From Promethearchaeia archaeon (GTDB lineage: Archaea; Asgardarchaeota; Lokiarchaeia; Sigyniarchaeales; SOKP01): a stretch of DNA of 25,174 bases. Made by a program: the position numbers and the translations under genes. Where the stretch lies: the NCBI GenBank assembly GCA_029856105.1, contig JAHQWH010000158.1, forward strand, positions 1 to 25,174. The letters are read 5' to 3'. Below are positions 1-8,884 of this stretch, one piece after another. The notes below the pieces were generated by a model. That model saw only the letters and a list, made by a program, of their open reading frames with translations, ran no database searches and had not been told where the DNA came from. Position 1 is the first letter of the stretch. The number at the start of each line of letters is the position of its first letter.

Positions 1-183
1 GCAGGAATAGATTTTTCTCGATACGATAACATTGTCCGTGAATTTTCGGATGGAAAGTTAACGAAAGTTGTTAACATTGCTAAACGTATTCTGCAAAACC
101 CAAATAAAAAAGCCATTCAAAAGCTCGCTACATCGTTAATTGAAGAAACTGGTTTCGATGAGCACCTCTATTTCACAGATTGA
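1..183 (+). CDS. 3' end of a CDS entering from the left edge (unknown product)
   Basis: Frame 1 is open from base 1 (AGIDFSRYDNIVREFSDGKLTKVVNIAKRILQNPNKKAIQKLATSLIEETGFDEHLYFTD) to TGA at 181-183, followed by AT-rich intergenic DNA. Confidence 0.7.
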   Translation, partial: AGIDFSRYDNIVREFSDGKLTKVVNIAKRILQNPNKKAIQKLATSLIEETGFDEHLYFTD

Positions 184-305
184 ATTTTGTACTTTCAATT
201 TTATTCGAGAGAAATTTAATCTCAATTTTGATTAAAAGTTGAAAATTGAAATATGATTAAGTTTTAAATCATAATAACCTACAACTAAATTACAAATTTT
301 AATAT

Positions 306-575
306 TTGGTGGTTAAAATCCCTTTTTTTAAACATAAAGATGTCGAATTATTTTATACCAAAGAAGGAAAAGGAGAACCTTTAGTCTTGATAAGTGGATT
401 AGGAACCAAAATGAGTTGGGATTTCCAAATTCCGTTTTTTAAAGAAAAGATGATGGTTATATCGTTGCATAACCGTGGGGTTGGCAAAAGCTCTCGCCCT
501 AATTATCCCTATACTATGGATATGTTTGTTGACGATATTAAAAATTTACTAGAACATTTTTTCATTCTTTCTTAA
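306..575 (+). pseudogene. Truncated alpha/beta hydrolase (N-terminal third only)
   Basis: Typical hydrolase N-terminus (LFYTKEGKGEPLVLISGLG, HNRGVGKSSRP, YTMDMFVDDI), but it ends at 89 aa before the GxSxG nucleophile elbow and runs into the stop codon of the convergent amidohydrolase. Confidence 0.75.
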
Positions 576-2178
576 AAACTGATTTACCTCTGATAATTGT
601 TTCAAGAACGCGAATTTCTTTAATCTCGTCTTTAGGAACTTCTAATGGGTTTTTATCTAAAATAACAAAATCTGCCATTTTTCCTACTTCTATGCTCCCC
701 TTAATGTTTTCCTCAAAAGCAGCGTATGCAGCGTTAATAGTATAGGTTTTTAAAGCCTCTTCCATACTTAAACACTGTTCTGGAATAAATCCATTTCTAG
801 TTACTAATGCATGTAATCCTAAGATTGGGCTAGGATCTTCGATCGGACAATCTGATCCTGAAACAAGAGCAACGCTCGCATCAACAATTGATTTCATTGG
901 ATAAGTATATTTACATCGTTCTTTACCGAGCCGTTTTACCAACCAATTGTATTCTGAATTAATAAAAGGGGGTTGACACGAAGCAATTACACCATAGGTC
1001 GCCATATCTTTAATAACATCCTTAGTTAACATAGAGGCGTGCTCAATTCTATGGCGATGGTCGTCCCGAGGAAATTCCGTTAAAAGCTTTTTAAATAAAT
1101 CCATAGCTATTCGGTTTCCTTTATCTCCGATTGCGTGAATCCCAATTTGAAAACCATTGTTATGGGCTACAACCATCTTCTCGTAAATTGCTCCTTCCTC
1201 AACAACACAAAATCCACACGCACCTGGCTCATCTGAAAAGGGTTCGAACATACACGCCGTTTTTGCTCCAAAAGTACCATCGAGAAATAGTTTTAAAGCA
1301 CCAACCTTAAACTTACTATCTTTCTTTCCACCATCTAAGGGAGGTTTTCTTAATTTGAGCAACTTTTTAGGTTTCTCAGTATTGATTAAAGCGTACCAAT
1401 TTTGTAAAATACTATTTTGGATTGATTTACGTAATGGTAGTTCCATTGCTCCTGCATCACCAAACTCTCCCGTGCTATCGGCACTAAGTATACCGTGAAG
1501 CGATGTCAATCCTTTCTGAGCGAAATTCCTAAAAGCTTTAACAGATGCCACTTTTATTTTATCTACACTTGGAAATGACATTTTAGATAAAATGATGTCT
1601 AATGCTTTCTCAGATATGACGCCCGTAAGATTTCCCGTACTATCTTTTCGTATTTCGCCACCTTCAGGAACTACAGTGTGCTCGTCTATTTTCGCTAGCT
1701 CTAACGCTTTAGTGTTTGCGATGCCTATATGTCCGTCATATCGCAACACAAAAACAGGATGGTCGGGGCACGCTTCGTCTAAATCTCCCTTATTAGGTAA
1801 CTTTGGAACATCGAATTTTTCCTCGCTTAGATTAAATACCATCATAAGCTCGTCTTTGTTCTTTTCTTTAGATACTTTCCCTAAATATTCTTTAAGCTCT
1901 TTAATGCTTTTCACATCTGATACATCAGGACTTAACAAATAAAAAATATAAATAATCGGATGTAGATGACAATCGATAAATCCTGGAAGCAAAGAGTGAC
2001 CCTTTAAATCAATAAGCGTAGACTCATTCCCTAAGGCTTTTTTAACGCCTTCTAAATCACCAACAGATACGATCTTTTCGCCTTCAATTCCTACAGCCTC
2101 GACGGAGGGTTGGATTTCGTTTATCGTTACTATTGACCCTCCAAAATAAATTATTTTTTCTAAATTTATCATGCTCAT
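562..2178 (-). CDS. Metal-dependent amidohydrolase, YtcJ-like (Amidohydro_3 family)
   Basis: Motifs PGFIDCHLH, KLFLDG, HAIGD, RIEHA, GSDCP, GSIEVGKMADFVIL; 538 aa fits the family. Confidence 0.92.
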   Translation of the reverse strand: MSMINLEKIIYFGGSIVTINEIQPSVEAVGIEGEKIVSVGDLEGVKKALGNESTLIDLKGHSLLPGFIDCHLHPIIYIFYLLSPDVSDVKSIKELKEYLGKVSKEKNKDELMMVFNLSEEKFDVPKLPNKGDLDEACPDHPVFVLRYDGHIGIANTKALELAKIDEHTVVPEGGEIRKDSTGNLTGVISEKALDIILSKMSFPSVDKIKVASVKAFRNFAQKGLTSLHGILSADSTGEFGDAGAMELPLRKSIQNSILQNWYALINTEKPKKLLKLRKPPLDGGKKDSKFKVGALKLFLDGTFGAKTACMFEPFSDEPGACGFCVVEEGAIYEKMVVAHNNGFQIGIHAIGDKGNRIAMDLFKKLLTEFPRDDHRHRIEHASMLTKDVIKDMATYGVIASCQPPFINSEYNWLVKRLGKERCKYTYPMKSIVDASVALVSGSDCPIEDPSPILGLHALVTRNGFIPEQCLSMEEALKTYTINAAYAAFEENIKGSIEVGKMADFVILDKNPLEVPKDEIKEIRVLETIIRGKSVFKKE

Positions 2179-2351
2179 AAAACCAATATTTGATAATTCT
2201 TATATTATAAGAATTGATGTAAACAAATTAAAAATTGATTTTTTCTATTGAGTAAGTATTTTATAAGAAAAGTTTAAAAAATTTTGATTAATTCTTAGAT
2301 TTAACTGTAAAAAAATAAATAGCTTCAGTTAATAAGAAAGGCGTATAGCAA

Positions 2352-4709
2352 ATGGTTAAAAAATCCGACTTAAAGAAACTTAATTCGATTATGCAAGAAG
2401 GAAATGAATTCAAAAACCTAAGAAAATACAATAAATCGGTTGAAAAGTATTTAGAAGCTTTAAGATTTGTAGAGGAGAGAGTCAAAGAACCAGAAGAACG
2501 CGAAGACGAGACAGCAAACATCAAATCTCAAATTGACCAAATATATTCTGTAGAAATCATCGATATTATTGAAACGGCAAATAATTTCATTAATAACAAC
2601 GATTTCGACAATGCTTATAAAACATTTGACGAAGCAGGAAGGATCGCTGATAAAATTGTAGACAAGGGCTTGAGAGATTACGAAGTTAATGAAATTAATT
2701 ACATAATAAATAAAAGCAAAATTGAAGAGTCCCTCTTCCAAGCCGAAGCAGTAAAAAAGGAAGATCAATACGATCGAGCTATAAGTATGCTTAGAGACAC
2801 CTTAAATGCCGCCAAAGAGTTCTATATGGAAGATCTCGAAGGTGAACTGATTAAAAAAATTGAAAATTCTATCAATGAGACATATTCTAAAAAAGTTAGA
2901 GTTTTAGTTGAAAAAGCAAATCAATTAAAAGTGAGCGGTAATCTTGACGGCGCGCTTAAAATGTTTAGCGAAGGTTATAAATTGACAGATAATTATTACG
3001 AGTCTCAATTAAAAGATACTGAAATAACCAATTTAATAAGTTTGATCAACCAAATTTATTCGAATAAAGTGAAACCTATTGTACAAAATGGACAAAACTT
3101 AATCGAACAAAACAATTTCGAACAAGCAGCCAAAGAATTCGAAGAAGCATTAAGAATAACTAATGAAATGTACGATTCAGAACAAAAGAAATCGGAAATA
3201 GATCGAATAAATTCTATCGCCTCAGGTGTGCTGAATCCAATTTATTTAGAAAGGATTAAACCTATTTTAGATAAGGGAAAAGAGTTAACTATTAAAGAAA
3301 ATTTTGAGGAAAATGTTAGCGTTGTAAACGAAATAGTTGATTTTTATCAGAAGGCTTTGGATATTGCAAATAAAATGGCTGAATCAAGAGAAAGAAACGA
3401 GAAGATAACCGATATAACTAATTTAATTAACAATACTTGTAAAAAGAGAATAGAATTTATTAAAGAAAAATCGATTCAAAAAATAGGACAACGAGATTAC
3501 GAAAAAGCAATTAACGAGCTATATGCTGCAATTAGCGTCGCAAAGAGAATGGCTATTCCTGAAGAAACGAATGAATTTTTTATAGATTTGAAAAATACTG
3601 TAAATAAGGTCTATCTCGCCCAAATTGAGGACGTTCTTAAAGAAGGTACAGATAAATTAGCTCTGAAAAATTATAAGGAAGCAATAGTAATTTTTAATAG
3701 ATCTCTAGAAATGACTAACAAAATGTACTTAACTCAAGAGATGGAAGAAGAGATCAACAAAATTAAAGGTTTAGTCTATCAAGCAGAATTAAAAGAGTTA
3801 GTAGACCGTGGAGATTTATCTGAAGAAATACAGAAATTCGAAAAAGAAATCGAAAAACTTAACAAAAAAATGGATTACGCCAAAACTATCGATGACCCCA
3901 ACCGTAGATTTCAAGAAATGGAACAAATAAAGAAATCTATTGACGAAGTATACCACTCTGAAATCAAGCTACTAGTTGAGCAAGGCGTACAGTTAGCAGA
4001 TAGCGAAGCTTTTAAAGAATCCTTTGAAAACTTTGAAAAAGCAATTAATATTAACGAATCCATTAAAAGTCCAGAGTATAAAAACCTAATTGCTATTAAG
4101 TACGAATACAAGCTGAAATTAATTGAAAAAGCTATATTAGAAATTAAAAGAAAAAACTACGATATTGCCATCGCAGATTGCAATAAAGCAATAGAACTAG
4201 ATAGTACTTTTATAGACGCTTTCTATTACATCGGTATTGCAAACAACGATAGATACGAGTACAATACTGCCATTGACTATTTTAAGAAAGCTATTAATTT
4301 TAACCCTAAACACGCAAAATCATGGAATAATATGGGATTTAGTTACGAAAAATTAAGTCAATTCGATAAAGCAATCGATTCTTATAAAAAAGCAGTTGGA
4401 TTTGAACCAATTTACGCATTAGCGTACTATAATATGGCAAATTCGTATAAACATAAAGAACAGCTTGATTACGCAATTGACGCTTATAAAAAAGCAACGG
4501 AAATCGACCCAGATTACGCGCTCGCTTGGCTTTTTATGGGATATGCTTATTTAGATAAAAATGATTACCATTCGGCGATCCAAAACCTAGATAAAGCAAT
4601 CAATATTAATCCCGAAATAGGAAACGAGATTAACCCTTTTATTAATGAAATTAAAAAATCAGTAGAAAAACTTCAAAAAGGCTTATCAGAGAAGTTTACT
4701 AACAAATAA
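2352..4709 (+). CDS. Helical-repeat protein: about ten ~55-62-aa repeats followed by C-terminal canonical TPRs
   Basis: C-terminal 34-aa TPR pattern (AFYYIGIA, SWNNMGFSY, AYYNMANSY, AWLFMGYAY, each followed by A..y.KA...P); longer alpha-helical repeats N-terminally. Confidence 0.88.
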   Translation: MVKKSDLKKLNSIMQEGNEFKNLRKYNKSVEKYLEALRFVEERVKEPEEREDETANIKSQIDQIYSVEIIDIIETANNFINNNDFDNAYKTFDEAGRIADKIVDKGLRDYEVNEINYIINKSKIEESLFQAEAVKKEDQYDRAISMLRDTLNAAKEFYMEDLEGELIKKIENSINETYSKKVRVLVEKANQLKVSGNLDGALKMFSEGYKLTDNYYESQLKDTEITNLISLINQIYSNKVKPIVQNGQNLIEQNNFEQAAKEFEEALRITNEMYDSEQKKSEIDRINSIASGVLNPIYLERIKPILDKGKELTIKENFEENVSVVNEIVDFYQKALDIANKMAESRERNEKITDITNLINNTCKKRIEFIKEKSIQKIGQRDYEKAINELYAAISVAKRMAIPEETNEFFIDLKNTVNKVYLAQIEDVLKEGTDKLALKNYKEAIVIFNRSLEMTNKMYLTQEMEEEINKIKGLVYQAELKELVDRGDLSEEIQKFEKEIEKLNKKMDYAKTIDDPNRRFQEMEQIKKSIDEVYHSEIKLLVEQGVQLADSEAFKESFENFEKAININESIKSPEYKNLIAIKYEYKLKLIEKAILEIKRKNYDIAIADCNKAIELDSTFIDAFYYIGIANNDRYEYNTAIDYFKKAINFNPKHAKSWNNMGFSYEKLSQFDKAIDSYKKAVGFEPIYALAYYNMANSYKHKEQLDYAIDAYKKATEIDPDYALAWLFMGYAYLDKNDYHSAIQNLDKAININPEIGNEINPFINEIKKSVEKLQKGLSEKFTNK

Positions 4710-4818
4710 ATTTCTTACTCATAAATTTAATTTTAATTTGTTGATCTTAATCTAATTCACTTTTATGTTAAATTATGTGAATATTAAAAAAAAAGACAAG
4801 AATTACTAAAAATAAGTT

Positions 4819-5178
4819 CTATAAAATATTTGAGGCGTATTGTTCAACTAAATATTCAATTTTACTCGAGTCTAATTGTTCTTTCGCAAGTTCAGGGCAC
4901 ATATGCTCTAAGTGGCACAGTAATTCGTTTAACTCTTCTTCAGCTTCTTTAGGATCTATATTATCTTGATCACTAATAACTATTGAACCCATTAGATGTT
5001 TAGAGCGCTTTAAGATGATAATATTTCCGCTCATTTTTAGCTGGCTAAGTTCAGAATTAAATGATTCTTTTACAAAACTATTAATTGCAGCAAATAATCC
5101 TCCTTGTAAAATATCTGTGTTCGAAGATGATGTTAAAGGTATACCACCTTCATCAAAGATAGTTATAGCTTTTGGAAT
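4819..5178 (-). CDS. Small longin/roadblock-like protein (~119 aa), probable ATT start; longer than the 71-aa ORF-track call
   Basis: The frame stays open 48 codons upstream of ATG 5034 (IPKAITIFDEGGIPLTSSSNTDILQGGLFAAINSFVKESFNSELSQLK) up to an in-frame TGA at 5181-5179. GGAGG lies at 5191-5187. The 'I.IF...G.P' strand and 'L.GGLF.AI.SF' helix resemble Asgard longin-like proteins. Confidence 0.7.
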   Translation of the reverse strand: MPKAITIFDEGGIPLTSSSNTDILQGGLFAAINSFVKESFNSELSQLKMSGNIIILKRSKHLMGSIVISDQDNIDPKEAEEELNELLCHLEHMCPELAKEQLDSSKIEYLVEQYASNIL

Positions 5179-5427
5179 TCAAAAAACCTCCTAACTTACA
5201 TAAAACGCTATAATCCGTAGCCAAAATAATCACTCGATTTTGTATTTTGTAAAGATAAAAATTTTTTGATAACAAAATATTTTTAACTTTTTTTTTGTTA
5301 AACAAAATGTAATAATTTTGTTTTAAAAATAAGGTTTTTTTTCCCATTTTTTGTACTGTTGCCACAAATAATAATTATGTACACAATTTGGGTATAACTT
5401 TCTAAACATAACTTTCTAAGATTTAGA

Positions 5428-6693
5428 CTATTTAGACATAGCTTTCAAAAATTTTGGCCACAAGGTTAATTTTTGTAGCCCGGGTAGAGCACCAAATAAG
5501 CGCTCTCCGACATATCTATCTCTATCCGTGTCGTAATTCCATAAATCTTGGATAGTATGCGCTTCGTACACATATTTTCTAACTGTTTTATTAGTATTTA
5601 ATAAATTAGTATAAGTTGTCCATAAGGTTTTTGCGGAGGTATCATTACTATAAAACAGCAATTCGCAAGCAACGCCATTTCTAAAATAGCCATTTAACAA
5701 AATTCGAGCAATTTCCTGGTCGTATGTTATTAATTCTGGTCTTGAAAAGTTTGAATTGTTTTCTAATAATGGTTTTATGAGCTTTGCTGCGATATCAGCG
5801 CTAGCTAAACCACCTAAAAGTCCTTCGTAAAAGAATGCCGTAACCACTCCTGCGGCCTCTCCTAAGACAATCACGCGGTCTTTAGTCATGGCACTTATTG
5901 GATGTTTTGAAATCCCTCCAGTTGTAAATTTTCCGTCCCATTTCAATCCATTCATAAAAGGTTGAATTTTCTTATAGTTTCTTAGGATTCTAACTAATTT
6001 TTCTTTGAGCTGGTCAGGAGATTCTTTATTTCCTAGATATCCTGTCGAAATCCTACCCTTTCCTACATTAAAAAAGAAGGGGCCATTAGGGCTTATGTTA
6101 GGGTTTAGATGAAACATATATTGAAAGTTAAAATTCTCATCCAGTAGGCTTTCATCAGCGTAGGTGTTAGTATATATTCCCATAAAAGAGTCAGGAACTT
6201 CAAAACCTAACGATTTCTGTAAATTAAATCCACGAGAACCTGTAGCTAAAATTAAAAGTTTACTGGAATAAGATTCTCCTTTATTGTTAATAACCTCAAC
6301 ATAATCACTGTGTTTTACTACTTTTGCCACCTTTTCATTAAAATGCGTTATTCCACCTTGATCTTTAAACTTATCAATAAGCTTTTTAATGAATATTTCT
6401 GTGTGTGAAATCTTTCCTAGTGGTGCACCAAATTCTTTCGAATTCAAAAGACCATCATACTTGTCGCTCTTATAGTTTAATTGGAGAAAAAGTCTTGGAA
6501 AAATTGAATCGTCGTTCCAGAAGACATCGTCAATAAAAGGTTTATTATGTTCTGCAAATATATTTATTCTAACGGGTATTTCCCGATCGTAATCTTGCGA
6601 TTCAATTAGAAGCGTTTTTGCGTACTTTGATGCCTTATACGCTAATGACGCTCCGGAAATCCCAGCACCGATAATAATTATATCGTAATTCAT
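5428..6693 (-). CDS. FAD/NAD(P)-dependent oxidoreductase, geranylgeranyl-reductase-like
   Basis: N-terminal Rossmann motif IIIIGAGISG, ILATG and VIVLGEAAG (GDAAG-like) motifs; 421 aa. Confidence 0.8.
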   Translation of the reverse strand: MNYDIIIIGAGISGASLAYKASKYAKTLLIESQDYDREIPVRINIFAEHNKPFIDDVFWNDDSIFPRLFLQLNYKSDKYDGLLNSKEFGAPLGKISHTEIFIKKLIDKFKDQGGITHFNEKVAKVVKHSDYVEVINNKGESYSSKLLILATGSRGFNLQKSLGFEVPDSFMGIYTNTYADESLLDENFNFQYMFHLNPNISPNGPFFFNVGKGRISTGYLGNKESPDQLKEKLVRILRNYKKIQPFMNGLKWDGKFTTGGISKHPISAMTKDRVIVLGEAAGVVTAFFYEGLLGGLASADIAAKLIKPLLENNSNFSRPELITYDQEIARILLNGYFRNGVACELLFYSNDTSAKTLWTTYTNLLNTNKTVRKYVYEAHTIQDLWNYDTDRDRYVGERLFGALPGLQKLTLWPKFLKAMSK

Positions 6694-6792
6694 TAAATCT
6701 TTAAATTATTAATAAAAAAAAAAGATTATTAAATAGAATTTTAATAGAGCCTCTTAAATTCACTAGTATAGAATACTAATTAGGTCAAAAAA

Positions 6793-7545
6793 TTAAAGAA
6801 TATTTTCGATAGTTTTAATAAATTTATCTAAATTTAGTTCAGCCATACCGAGAGGGACCGAAGAGTCGAATAACACTACGATCAATAATGGATCGAGCTT
6901 CCACGGAATATTAATTTTTCTCGTAAAGATTTTTTGTTCATTATCTAAGCTAACAAATGTCAATTTGAATTCGTTTGCCACCATATGTCTAATTTCTAAT
7001 TCTTTTAAAGAGGATAACAATATATTGTGCGGAAGAGAAGTAAAAATTACTTTTCCATTGATCGTAAATAACGTAGCACCTAATATCTCATTTTCTAACG
7101 TTAATCTCTTAATGAGATCGATAATTTTTCTATATAAAGGTTGACTATCGATCAATTCCTCTTCACCGGTAATAATTGAATCAATTTTAGAGTCGAATTC
7201 GGCGCTTTCGATTTCTTGGTAATCTTCAACTTCGTTGTTCTCTAAAAATTCTTCAAATACATCAACTATACTGACCAAACGGGAATTAATAAACAATAAA
7301 CTAGCACTTGAATCCGCTAAAATAGCATAAATAAATTCCCCACTCACTTTAAAAGCAATTCTAAATCCACCCATTTCGAGAATTTCCGGAGTTTGTTTAG
7401 ATATAACATTTGCTGAGAATGAAAATAACGCTGAAAAAAAGGGTGTAATTAAATTAGGGTCAATATTATCAAAATCGCTCGTTATATTTTTGCTGTAAAT
7501 ACAGATTCCAGTATTTTTTAATATAAAAAGCGAATGGATGTTCAT
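6793..7545 (-). CDS. Longin-like N-terminal domain fused to a roadblock-like C-terminal domain
   Basis: N-terminal MNIHSLFILKNTGICIYSK...NLITPFFSALFSF is a longin-like pattern. C-terminal ILGATLFTINGKVIFTSLP...LLIVVLF...LG resembles roadblock/LC7. Confidence 0.65.
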   Translation of the reverse strand: MNIHSLFILKNTGICIYSKNITSDFDNIDPNLITPFFSALFSFSANVISKQTPEILEMGGFRIAFKVSGEFIYAILADSSASLLFINSRLVSIVDVFEEFLENNEVEDYQEIESAEFDSKIDSIITGEEELIDSQPLYRKIIDLIKRLTLENEILGATLFTINGKVIFTSLPHNILLSSLKELEIRHMVANEFKLTFVSLDNEQKIFTRKINIPWKLDPLLIVVLFDSSVPLGMAELNLDKFIKTIENIL

Positions 7546-7740
7546 CTTGAATTACTCAGAAATTTACTTATAGAAAAATATAAAAAATTTACTCTTTTAA
7601 GTGTTATTAAAAGAAGAATAGTCTACAAATATTGTTAATCTTTATCAAATATAAAAAAAAGTTTAGAATATTTTTCGTTTTTTCGTTCTTATGTTGGGAC
7701 TTTTTTTTCATAATCGCGAGCTTTAAATAGAAGGCTAAAT

Positions 7741-7784
7741 TTTATAAATTAATAAAGTTATGTGATTGTGATGCACTATATCAC
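7741..7784 (+). promoter_or_regulatory. Putative TATA box (TTTATAAA 7741-7748) and downstream inverted repeat GTGAT-N7-ATCAC (7768-7784), a candidate operator
   Basis: Both motifs are read directly upstream of the thioredoxin gene; the function is inferred. Confidence 0.4.
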
Positions 7785-7827
7785 CACTTTAAACATAATT
7801 GTAAACAACACAAAAACGGAAAAGAAA

Positions 7828-8235
7828 ATGTCTGATAATGATTTAGAAAAAATTCGGCTAAAAAAAGCCAAAATGCTGGTAAAATCTCAATCAATGCCAA
7901 CAGAAATAGTTAAAATTCATTCGGCAGAAGAGTTTGATAAATTAACCCAAGATTTCTCTGATAAGGTTATAATAATAGATTTCTGGGCGGTTTGGTGTTC
8001 TCCTTGCCTGATGTTTGCGCCAATATTCGAAAAACTACAAAAAGAACGCTATCAAGATTTTATCTTTGTTAAAGTAAACGTTGACGAAGTCGGTTCTATT
8101 GCTCAAAATTATAGAATTACGGGAATACCTACTACATTATTTATTAAAGATAATAAGGTAATACATAAAATTGTTGGCGCAGTAAACGAAGATTACATGA
8201 ACAGAATCCTGGAAAAACTTCAGTCTTTCGCGTAA
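7828..8235 (+). CDS. trxA: Thioredoxin with an N-terminal 'DLEKIR' extension
   Basis: DFWAVWCSPC active site, KVNVDE, GIPT cis-Pro motif. ATG 7828 (MSDNDLEKIRLKK) is preferred over GTG 7762. Confidence 0.9.
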   Translation: MSDNDLEKIRLKKAKMLVKSQSMPTEIVKIHSAEEFDKLTQDFSDKVIIIDFWAVWCSPCLMFAPIFEKLQKERYQDFIFVKVNVDEVGSIAQNYRITGIPTTLFIKDNKVIHKIVGAVNEDYMNRILEKLQSFA

Positions 8236-8289
8236 TTTGTTTTTTATTTTTTATTTATTAAATAGCAAAATAATTATTAGTGTTAAGCC

Positions 8290-8742
8290 TTGGAAATAGA
8301 AAGTATTTCAGAACAATTAAAAGGTATGTTAGAAGAGAAAAAGATTTTTAAAAGTGGAAAATTGTTTAAATGTATATTAGGACTTAACGTTATAGAATCA
8401 GTTGTGTTTTCCTATCTATTAAAGCACCAAGACGTTAGTACGATGGAATTAACTGAAATATTCAAAAAAGATCGTAGCTCAATTCAAAGAGCTCTCCAAA
8501 CTCTAATTGAAGTTAATGTTATCGAAAGAAAATCAATGTCTTTAAAAGATTTCAGCGAAAAAAAGGATAGAGAAGATAAAACTAAACGTGGATACCTATA
8601 TGTTTACGGAGCAAAAGATTTAGAAATGGTTAAAGCGCAAACTCGCGAATTACTCGATAAGTGGTACGCGTCTATGTTAAACTATATCGAAAATATAGAT
8701 AGTGTCTTTGACTGCTACGAGAAACAAGGAGACCTTTGTTAA
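8290..8742 (+). CDS. Winged-helix transcriptional regulator (TrmB-like archaeal family)
   Basis: CILGLNVIESVVFSYLL, HTH STMELTEIFKKDRSSIQRALQTL, wing motif GYLYVY. Confidence 0.82.
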   Translation: MEIESISEQLKGMLEEKKIFKSGKLFKCILGLNVIESVVFSYLLKHQDVSTMELTEIFKKDRSSIQRALQTLIEVNVIERKSMSLKDFSEKKDREDKTKRGYLYVYGAKDLEMVKAQTRELLDKWYASMLNYIENIDSVFDCYEKQGDLC

Positions 8743-8884
8743 GTTTTAATCTGTATATCTATATTTTTAAACTCTGCCTCTAATGTAAGACTAATTAAAA
8801 TATTGCAATCTAATTCTTTGTGAATTAATTTAAGTTTCAAAGTCTTTTTTAATCTTTTTATAGAATAAAGTTTAAATTTATAGT

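Noticed and set aside
1592-4111. ORFs 1592-1942, 2288-2524, 2460-2768, 3911-4111
   Set aside because: Antisense shadows of the amidohydrolase and repeat-protein genes, with no motifs.
5153-5365. 70-aa ORF on the minus strand
   Set aside because: Low-complexity K/N/F/Y translation of AT-rich intergenic DNA; it overlaps the SD and start of the better-supported longin-like gene in another frame.
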